50,709 bases of DNA from the sequence record NC_105617.1. The stretch is one strand, 5' to 3'. Under the pieces are notes generated by a model that was not told the origin of the DNA, ran no database searches, and saw only the letters and a list, made by a program, of their open reading frames with translations. The translations under genes and the position numbers were made by a program. The DNA comes from a phage. How positions within the stretch are numbered: position 1 is the first letter of the stretch; each line of letters starts with the position of its first letter. This document shows positions 45,311 to 50,709 of the stretch, one piece after another.

Positions 45311-45459
45311 TGGCTTCATGGGTTTTGATTATCTTAATGAGTACCGGGCCAGATCACGTATACATGGAAAGCCAACAATCATGCAACAAGGCTCGGGAGG
45401 TGATTTCAGAGAACAGGCCGTTCGGATACGAAGTAAAAACGATGTGCGTTAAACGATAG
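45310..45459 (+). CDS. Small hypothetical protein (micro-ORF)
   Basis: 49 aa with hydrophobic N-terminus (MASWVLIILMSTG); TAATG overlap upstream; stop TAG is the TAG of a TAGCAC box. Confidence 0.3.
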   Translation: MASWVLIILMSTGPDHVYMESQQSCNKAREVISENRPFGYEVKTMCVKR

Positions 45460-45505
45460 CACGAATTGATAAACCTTCCGCAAGGCCATTTGATATAGTG
45501 GCCTT
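45457..45505 (+). promoter_or_regulatory. Box-hairpin-(-10) cassette
   Basis: TAG stop of micro-ORF = box start; ttgata + 22 nt + TGaTATAGT; hairpin aaggcca/tggcctt. Confidence 0.55.
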
Positions 45506-45539
45506 ATTGAAGCAAGGCAACCAATCAGAGGAATCAGCT

Positions 45540-45746
45540 ATGGCTACACGACTAACTCAGTGGCAGATTTACGACAAGGCCTCACGCCTACGTGAATCAC
45601 TTCGCGGACTGACGCAGAATGACAGAATGGAGATTATCGGGCACGCATTGCACGAACTCACGCCGCCGGACGTAACCTATCATTCATGCGGCAATAAATT
45701 CTGGAACGTGACATTCGAGGTAAAGAAAGATGAGCAAAACTCATAA
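45540..45746 (+). CDS. Hypothetical protein
   Basis: 68 aa from ATG 45540 behind CCAATCAGAGGA leader. Confidence 0.45.
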   Translation: MATRLTQWQIYDKASRLRESLRGLTQNDRMEIIGHALHELTPPDVTYHSCGNKFWNVTFEVKKDEQNS

Positions 45747-46017
45747 GTTAAAAATCGCCCCGATACATTTCATTGGTGTAATGAACGGAACCAAAACGGC
45801 AGAGTTCCGCATCAATGACCGCAACTTCCAGGTTGGTGATATCCTTGAGCTACGCGAGTTCGATCGTGACGAGTTTACCGGGTGGGAAGTTCACGCAAGG
45901 GTATCCGATGTTACCGATGTGACGCCATACATTAATCGCGGGTATGACGATCAAGGATGCGACTTCACGCAATACGTGATGTTATCAATCAAACCTTACA
46001 GGAAGGTTAGACCATGA
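45730..46017 (+). CDS. ASCH/PUA-like domain protein (putative)
   Basis: 95 aa; N-terminal pattern KTHKLKIAPIHFIGVMNGTKTAEFRINDRNFQVGDIL resembles ASCH-type domains; weak. Confidence 0.35.
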   Translation: MSKTHKLKIAPIHFIGVMNGTKTAEFRINDRNFQVGDILELREFDRDEFTGWEVHARVSDVTDVTPYINRGYDDQGCDFTQYVMLSIKPYRKVRP

Positions 46018-46670
46018 AATTTGAATGCGTATCAAGTAGCGGATCGGGCTTTAAGTGGGGAAAAATCTACGAAGGCGCTCGAGTCAATGACGACAGCTTC
46101 GTTGTCGTGGATGAGAACGGCAGTAACGTTAACATCACCCGTCGTAACGAGTACCAAGAAATTTTCCTGCCGTATGGCGGTAGTTCAAAATATATCTTCC
46201 ATCGAATCGTGGATGGTGTTAAATTTAGAGACGTAATCGAAGCAATCAACCAACTGCATAATAAAGAGGTAAAATTTATGAAATTTGAATGTATCAGCGA
46301 TAACACCAAAAAATTTACTGTTGGAAAAATCTACGACGTTCCTACTGAGCACGCAAAGCACACTGTAGCGCTTACTGACGACACTGGCCGTCACCGCATC
46401 GCTACCGTAACGCATAATGGCGAAGGTCTGCGATGGAATAGCGGCGGCACTAAGTTTGCAACGTTCGGCAAGAAGAAGCAGAAATTTAATACCAGTAGAA
46501 TCAAGGGCGGTTTCCGCATCGAACAGGGTAAGATTCAAAGCGTTAAGCCAATCGAAGTTGATGGTAAAGTCAAGCCTAAGCTGACCAACAAGGACATTGA
46601 TAATCTGGCGAACCTGGCTATGGCTACCGTGCTTCTTATTTCTCTTATCGTGCTGTTTTTCGTAGTTTAA
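46014..46670 (+). CDS. Tail-anchored membrane protein with tandemly duplicated N-terminal domain
   Basis: Two about 88-aa repeats each starting MKFEC(V/I)S...GKIY(E/D), second with its own SD AAGAGG; C-terminal TM LANLAMATVLLISLIVLFFVV. Confidence 0.5.
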   Translation: MKFECVSSSGSGFKWGKIYEGARVNDDSFVVVDENGSNVNITRRNEYQEIFLPYGGSSKYIFHRIVDGVKFRDVIEAINQLHNKEVKFMKFECISDNTKKFTVGKIYDVPTEHAKHTVALTDDTGRHRIATVTHNGEGLRWNSGGTKFATFGKKKQKFNTSRIKGGFRIEQGKIQSVKPIEVDGKVKPKLTNKDIDNLANLAMATVLLISLIVLFFVV

Positions 46671-46677
46671 CTTAAAG

Positions 46678-46709
46678 TGGGAATCGTTCCTGAGCGGTTC
46701 CCTATTTTT
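46678..46709 (+). terminator. Terminator-like hairpin
   Basis: gggaatcg/cggttccc stem (one G-T pair) followed by T-rich tract. Confidence 0.35.
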
Positions 46710-46720
46710 ATGAGGTGAAT

Positions 46721-46843
46721 ATGAATAGCTTTATGCCTGACTTTAAGAACTGGAAAAACGAACCTCCATCATTTCAGGAGTTGCTATTCTGCCTCCTGGT
46801 CCTGACATTATCTCTTAAGGGTGTTTTATGGCTACTATCATGA
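46721..46843 (+). CDS. Small hypothetical protein (micro-ORF)
   Basis: 40-aa ORF with RBS GAGGTG and hydrophobic C-terminal half; overlaps next gene start. Confidence 0.25.
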   Translation: MNSFMPDFKNWKNEPPSFQELLFCLLVLTLSLKGVLWLLS

Positions 46844-47046
46844 CAGCAGAAGATGCAGCACGTGAAGCAGTGGAAGGAATGCGACCAAATACCTCCAGAA
46901 TCGCACACTACTACAAATTTGACGTATCGGCAGTGCAATTGGTCCATGAAATTTTAAGGCTCCCACAAGTCGATTCAGCGCGTGTGGTGGCGTGCTTAAA
47001 AAATTATTTTTGCATCACTATTAAAACGAATAGCACGAATTGCTAA
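46828..47046 (+). CDS. Hypothetical protein
   Basis: 72 aa; last five codons (NSTNC-stop) are encoded by a TAGCAC box. Confidence 0.45.
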   Translation: MATIMTAEDAAREAVEGMRPNTSRIAHYYKFDVSAVQLVHEILRLPQVDSARVVACLKNYFCITIKTNSTNC

Positions 47047-47079
47047 AACCTATCAAGGGGAATGCGCTATGATTCCCCT
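47031..47079 (+). promoter_or_regulatory. Box-hairpin-(-10) cassette
   Basis: Box encodes last codons NSTNC-TAA of upstream gene; ttgcta + 22 nt + TATGAT; hairpin ggggaat/attcccc. Confidence 0.5.
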
Positions 47080-47103
47080 ACACCAACGAACGAGGGAATA
47101 CTC

Positions 47104-47550
47104 ATGAAACACTTGATTTGCATTGATACACCTAACAATGAACACACTCTGCACGGCATTGGGATGTTCAAAGGCCACTACATGACAGCAAGCATTTATG
47201 ATGCGCATCGCGACGATGGCGATCTGATGATTACGTCAAAAGACGTTAATCCGTACATCATGCAGAATCTTGGCAACAATGAATATATGGCTTACGGATG
47301 CAACGCGGTGTACAAGAATGTCAAGATCCGTAAGCGTATTGTTCGCGCATTTAAGAAAATCGCCATGAAGCACTGGAAGATGAGCAAGAAGGAGGCTGGG
47401 CGCTGGGCGCGTAACGTTGCTGATTCATACTTCTATCGTAACGGTGAGTCGTGCCACTTCCTGATCGATGAAATGATGGAAAATTATAGCGGCACATTCC
47501 GCCAAAGTGATTTTGACGCTTGGGCTTACTACGAGGTAGATTGCTGGTAA
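47104..47550 (+). CDS. Hypothetical protein
   Basis: Start at ATG 47104 with RBS GAGGG, downstream of cassette 47031-47079. Confidence 0.45.
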   Translation: MKHLICIDTPNNEHTLHGIGMFKGHYMTASIYDAHRDDGDLMITSKDVNPYIMQNLGNNEYMAYGCNAVYKNVKIRKRIVRAFKKIAMKHWKMSKKEAGRWARNVADSYFYRNGESCHFLIDEMMENYSGTFRQSDFDAWAYYEVDCW

Positions 47551-47597
47551 TAGCACGAATTGCTAAAACTTACTCAAGGGCATTTGGTAGAATGCCC
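47551..47597 (+). promoter_or_regulatory. Box-hairpin-(-10) cassette
   Basis: ttgcta + 22 nt + TGgTAGAAT; hairpin gggcat/atgccc; CCAATCAGAGGA leader downstream. Confidence 0.55.
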
Positions 47598-47633
47598 TTC
47601 GTTGAGTTAAACAACCAATCAGAGGAATAAATC

Positions 47634-48167
47634 ATGGATAAAATTACAATTTGGGGTCAAACTATCAACCTGTTTCTCGGTCCGCGCCGCGTCGCAATCT
47701 TTGACTTTGACGGAACACTGAGTGACGGATCAAAGCGCCTTCACCTGTTGCCAAAAAAGGATTTGCACTTGACTGAAAGCTGGTCTGAGTTTAATCGAGC
47801 CGCAATATTTGATAACCCCATCCAGAGCACGATTGAGGTGATGAACTCATTACGCCAAGCTGGGGTGTATGTAATCATTTTAACCGGGCGAAGCGATGAG
47901 GTGCGTTACGCATCTGAGTTATGGCTTAAGCATCACGGTGCGCGATATGATTACTTAGTCATGCGACCGCACACAGACAACCGGAAAGACACAGTGATGA
48001 AAGAGGAAGCGGTGCGAGCGATCGGTATTGAAAACATCCTCGCGGCTTGGGATGATTCACCGCAAATTATTCCATTATTCCGGTCGCTTGGAATAACCAC
48101 ATATGCTGTAGTTGACTATGGCGATAACGTTCACGATCATTTAAAATCGCACGGGGTAGAGAAATGA
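47634..48167 (+). CDS. HAD-superfamily phosphatase (polynucleotide 3'-phosphatase / nucleotidase-like)
   Basis: HAD motif I FDFDGTL, motif II ILTGRSD, DNRKDTVMKEE segment, motif IV AWDDSPQ; resembles the phosphatase domain of T4 polynucleotide kinase as recalled. Confidence 0.6.
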   Translation: MDKITIWGQTINLFLGPRRVAIFDFDGTLSDGSKRLHLLPKKDLHLTESWSEFNRAAIFDNPIQSTIEVMNSLRQAGVYVIILTGRSDEVRYASELWLKHHGARYDYLVMRPHTDNRKDTVMKEEAVRAIGIENILAAWDDSPQIIPLFRSLGITTYAVVDYGDNVHDHLKSHGVEK

Positions 48168-48274
48168 ACCTATACGAATTTATTGCAGCACATCCGGTAT
48201 TGACGGTTATCATCCTGCTAATCATCAATCACACTATCATAAATGTAGCAAAATTATTTTTAGGGAGATACTGA
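48164..48274 (+). CDS. Small transmembrane peptide (micro-ORF)
   Basis: 36-aa ORF MNLYEFIAAHPVLTVIILLIINHTIINVAKLFLGRY; ATGA overlap with phosphatase stop. Confidence 0.3.
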   Translation: MNLYEFIAAHPVLTVIILLIINHTIINVAKLFLGRY

Positions 48275-48275
48275 C

Positions 48276-48848
48276 ATGAAAACAGCTATCGTTTTAAACG
48301 GCGCGCCTGGAGCGGGAAAAGACACTATCGGATGCATCCTGGCTGACACTTACGATCACGTAGCCTTGCGCAGCTTCAAAGCGCCAATGTTTGAGATTGC
48401 CCGGGCAATCCTGGGTGAAGCTAACTACGAGTATTTCATGTTCTTGTATGAGGACCGTCGATATAAAGAAGAGCCAGCATCCATCCTGAACGGTAAAAGC
48501 CCACGCCAGTTTATGATCTGGATTAGCGAGGAAGTCATCAAGCCGCAGTTCGGAAATCGCTTCTTCGGTATGCGAGCGGAAAGCAAGGTGAAAGAGTCAC
48601 ACTCCCTTTCTGTATTTACTGACGGTGGATTCAAAGATGAGATCTTGCAAATGATTGAAGGCGATATCCAGGTCAAGCTATGCCGCATACATCGCAACGG
48701 CTGCAACTTCGATAACGACAGTCGAGATTATATCTACCTGGATGATATGATCGGTGTCAACGGTTATCAGGAATGTGACTTCTTCTCTGTCGAAGGTCAT
48801 CCAGAAATTACCGCTCAGCACATAGCCGCTACGTTCATCAACAAATAG
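48276..48848 (+). CDS. P-loop nucleoside-monophosphate kinase-like protein (dNMP kinase candidate)
   Basis: Walker A GAPGAGKDT at N-terminus; LNGKSP segment; overall resemblance to phage dNMP kinases as recalled. Confidence 0.5.
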   Translation: MKTAIVLNGAPGAGKDTIGCILADTYDHVALRSFKAPMFEIARAILGEANYEYFMFLYEDRRYKEEPASILNGKSPRQFMIWISEEVIKPQFGNRFFGMRAESKVKESHSLSVFTDGGFKDEILQMIEGDIQVKLCRIHRNGCNFDNDSRDYIYLDDMIGVNGYQECDFFSVEGHPEITAQHIAATFINK

Positions 48849-48895
48849 CACTAATTGCTAAAACGTCGGTGGGGTGATTTGATATAGTCACCTCA
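48846..48895 (+). promoter_or_regulatory. Box-hairpin-(-10) cassette
   Basis: TAG stop = box start; ttgcta + 22 nt + TGaTATAGT; hairpin ggtga/tcacc. Confidence 0.55.
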
Positions 48896-48920
48896 TCGAC
48901 AACGAAGAGAGAAAATAGAA

Positions 48921-49130
48921 ATGATGGTGTCAACTGATAAGTTTTTCACTTGCAATAAAACTTCTGAAGTATTCGAACTCGTTCATACTGATAACGGTGA
49001 TTTCATGCATGACGGTTGCGACGTTTTCATTGAAGTGAAAGAAAGCGACTATGATGACGGGGTTTATTACAACCCGGCAGTGAACACTCAGTTTTTTACA
49101 CCGATCGAAGGTGAGGGAGAAGAGGCATGA
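48921..49130 (+). CDS. Hypothetical protein
   Basis: 69 aa, acidic, behind cassette 48846-48895. Confidence 0.45.
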   Translation: MMVSTDKFFTCNKTSEVFELVHTDNGDFMHDGCDVFIEVKESDYDDGVYYNPAVNTQFFTPIEGEGEEA

Positions 49131-49471
49131 TTACGATTAACCTGTCAGAGAAGCAAGCTCGTGAAATCCTTGATGCGATCGGCGACCAGTTGCATATAAA
49201 AGGAGCAGCCGCCGAGTTGCTAAACCAGGTCGAAAAACAACTTACTCCTGTGTCAACGAATCAAGCTGAGTTTGCAGCCTGGAAAAGCGAGCGAATCCTG
49301 CCCAATATCATCAAGGCATGGAAGCGCAAGCATAAAAAAGAAATCAATGTTGATGACTTATTTACTGATGAATTAAGCCCTTCAAAGGTTGCTCAATATC
49401 AGTTGCGATACATGGAATCAGTTTGCAATCAGGTTTTAGGTGTTAATTTTTCATTTGGGAGAGGTAAATAA
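49127..49471 (+). CDS. Hypothetical protein
   Basis: 114 aa; ATGA overlap upstream. Confidence 0.45.
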   Translation: MITINLSEKQAREILDAIGDQLHIKGAAAELLNQVEKQLTPVSTNQAEFAAWKSERILPNIIKAWKRKHKKEINVDDLFTDELSPSKVAQYQLRYMESVCNQVLGVNFSFGRGK

Positions 49472-49701
49472 TGTTCGGTTTAAGTGAAGCGGAATGGAAC
49501 GTAGTAAAGCGCGCAGCGAAGGAATTGAATAAATTCGTTAGCGGAATGAAGAAAGAAGATCGCAAAAACGAAAAGATTATGATTGACGTAATTTCGACTC
49601 ACCATAAAAAGGTCGAACTACTCATTGACCGCTACAAATTTGTCTGGACTGCCGGGTATATTGCAGGGCGCGTAGGAAACAAAGAAGGGGATTACGAATA
49701 A
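49471..49701 (+). CDS. Hypothetical protein
   Basis: 76 aa; TAATG overlap. Confidence 0.45.
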   Translation: MFGLSEAEWNVVKRAAKELNKFVSGMKKEDRKNEKIMIDVISTHHKKVELLIDRYKFVWTAGYIAGRVGNKEGDYE

Positions 49702-49904
49702 TGGCTAATTTACCGAAGAAAGGCGATCAGGTTCGATGTGTCACCTCACGCAATGGTAATGCTTTCTCGGCGGGGTGCTTGTACGACGTAGAAAAAGTCA
49801 GTAAATCAAAGAGGCTTGTATTCGTGTACGGTGATGATGGAAACCTGCATGAGCTTGATTACCCGCAGGATGTAACTAATGGTCAATTCGAAATTAATGA
49901 TTGA
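49701..49904 (+). CDS. Hypothetical protein
   Basis: 67 aa; TAATG overlap. Confidence 0.45.
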   Translation: MANLPKKGDQVRCVTSRNGNAFSAGCLYDVEKVSKSKRLVFVYGDDGNLHELDYPQDVTNGQFEIND

Positions 49905-50068
49905 CCTAAATACCTGAGCGGTGATAGTATTAATCCCGTAGACAGACGAGGCGCAACTAAGCGCAACGCGTGAGACGATTCTCACACTTCCAGCTAACAA
50001 GCTCGGTTGCATAGTGGTTAAGCAACGCCGCAGACCCGTAAGCGGCAACAATTCAAGAGGGTTGCATA
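49905..50068 (+). repeat. Structured GCAAC/GTTGC repeat-rich intergenic region
   Basis: 164-nt gap in otherwise tight gene packing; GCAAC or its complement 6 times; hairpins gtgaga/tctcac, gccgc/gcggc, gttgc/gcaac. Confidence 0.4.
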
Positions 50069-50230
50069 ATGCAAAAAACTAAAGACGAATCAGTCAAAAT
50101 TGAAATTAAAGTAACTCGCAACGGTGAAACCACTCGTTATAAAAAACGATTAAATCCTGGAGAGGCTGTTATTGGTCGCATTGCTGGCGTTATGGTTAAG
50201 GCGCAGGAAGATGAAGCGATTCAAAGTTAA
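50069..50230 (+). CDS. Small hypothetical protein
   Basis: 53-aa ORF below track cutoff with RBS AGAGGG; start codon sits in a small hairpin (ttgcat/atgcaa). Confidence 0.3.
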   Translation: MQKTKDESVKIEIKVTRNGETTRYKKRLNPGEAVIGRIAGVMVKAQEDEAIQS

Positions 50231-50396
50231 ATTAATTATTCGAAAGATGGGAATGTTTTGCCAGTCGTGCAAGCAATCTTTCGAAACTGAATTATCAGCA
50301 ACCAGTCAGGCAGAAGCCATCGCGAAAGCAAAAAAACTTTCCGGAGCAAACCTTGACACTCACAAAATAAACATTGAATTAATTAAGGAGATTTAA
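50211..50396 (+). CDS. Hypothetical protein
   Basis: Start placed at internal ATG 50211 (MKRFKVK...); basic N-terminus. Confidence 0.35.
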   Translation: MKRFKVKLIIRKMGMFCQSCKQSFETELSATSQAEAIAKAKKLSGANLDTHKINIELIKEI

Positions 50397-50397
50397 C

Positions 50398-50625
50398 ATG
50401 GAAATTTTTTTATGGATTATCGCTGGTATCGTTATTTTTGGTGCTGGTTTATTTTCTGGCTTCGTTCTTGTAGCGTTCGCGATGGCTATGGAAGCAAAAG
50501 ATAAAACTGGCGTGTGGCTGACCTACTCACCTAAGAAGGACCAGTGGGAAATGATTGGTGATCTTGCTCACTGCTATTCTAAAGCACGGCTACACCATAA
50601 AGGCATTAAACGACGATTATCGTGA
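50398..50625 (+). CDS. Small membrane protein
   Basis: 75 aa with N-terminal TM helix (IFLWIIAGIVIFGAGLFSGFVLVAFAMAM); followed by terminator. Confidence 0.45.
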   Translation: MEIFLWIIAGIVIFGAGLFSGFVLVAFAMAMEAKDKTGVWLTYSPKKDQWEMIGDLAHCYSKARLHHKGIKRRLS

Positions 50626-50634
50626 TAATCAATA

Positions 50635-50657
50635 ACCCGCTACGGCGGGTTTTTTTA
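50635..50657 (+). terminator. Intrinsic terminator
   Basis: acccgc-tacg-gcgggt plus T7. Confidence 0.6.
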
Positions 50658-50709
50658 TGCCTGCGATATGGTAAAATAGCACTAAATGTTAAACGAAGAG
50701 GATTGATTT
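50658..50709 (+). promoter_or_regulatory. Post-terminator -10-like element and TAGCAC box leading to window end
   Basis: gcctgcGATATGg then tagcactaaatgttaaac and RBS gaagagga at the window end. Confidence 0.35.

Noticed and set aside
47634-48848. Complete T4-like tRNA repair system (Pnkp plus RNA ligase)
   Set aside because: No candidate RNA ligase (KxDG nucleotidyltransferase motif in an ORF of suitable size) found nearby, and the kinase looks more like a dNMP kinase; only a kinase/phosphatase pair is claimed.
49905-50068. Possible tRNA gene in the long intergenic gap
   Set aside because: No 7-bp acceptor stem, no GTTC-type T-loop and no cloverleaf could be drawn; the hairpins are better explained as a repeat-rich regulatory or packaging region.

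Overview
This 50.7-kb window reads as an essentially complete, densely packed genome of a virulent T1-like siphovirus (Drexlerviridae-type, enterobacterial host), opened at the start codon of the putative small terminase. All calls rest on reading the sequence and translated ORFs by eye; no database search was run, and recalled homologue sequences are from memory. Layout: (1) plus-strand late module 1-20100 with terminase, portal, capsid genes and a lambda-like tail set (tape measure, M/L/K/I/J-like), including a candidate -1 frameshift tail chaperone; (2) a short reverse unit 20128-21326 (Cor-like lipoprotein plus a 324-aa protein); (3) an AT-rich divergent promoter hub at 21.3-21.9 kb; (4) early/replication genes 21.9-34.7 kb (exonuclease, Erf-like annealing protein, SSB, reverse-oriented tail fiber with S74-type chaperone domain, primase, Cro-like regulator, DEAH helicase, VRR-NUC, Dam methyltransferase, HTH-metallophosphoesterase, and a holin / SAR endolysin / unimolecular spanin lysis cassette); (5) a minus-strand block of small genes 34.7-41.0 kb (P-loop NTPase, C5-methyltransferase-like protein, acidic protein with an SSB-tail-like C-terminus); (6) a second AT-rich hub at 41.0-41.6 kb; (7) a plus-strand block of about 30 small ORFan genes 41.6-50.6 kb including a HAD phosphatase / kinase pair, micro-ORFs and small membrane proteins. 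No tRNA, rRNA, CRISPR array, integrase or transposase was found. The most striking signal is a stereotyped regulatory cassette present about 19 times: a conserved box TAGCAC-N4/5-TTGNTAAAAC, then exactly 22 bp later a -10-like hexamer, embedded in a hairpin whose sequence differs at every copy but always pairs. The box repeatedly carries the stop codon of the upstream gene, and some cassettes are duplicated on opposite strands, suggesting a family of mobile promoter/gene-boundary modules. Other leads: a 70-aa acidic protein ending DDDDYIPW (mimic of the SSB C-terminal tail), iteron-like TGTCTA repeats shared by both AT-rich hubs, a sigma-region-4-like HTH fused to a metallophosphoesterase, and a GCAAC-repeat intergenic region near the genome end.
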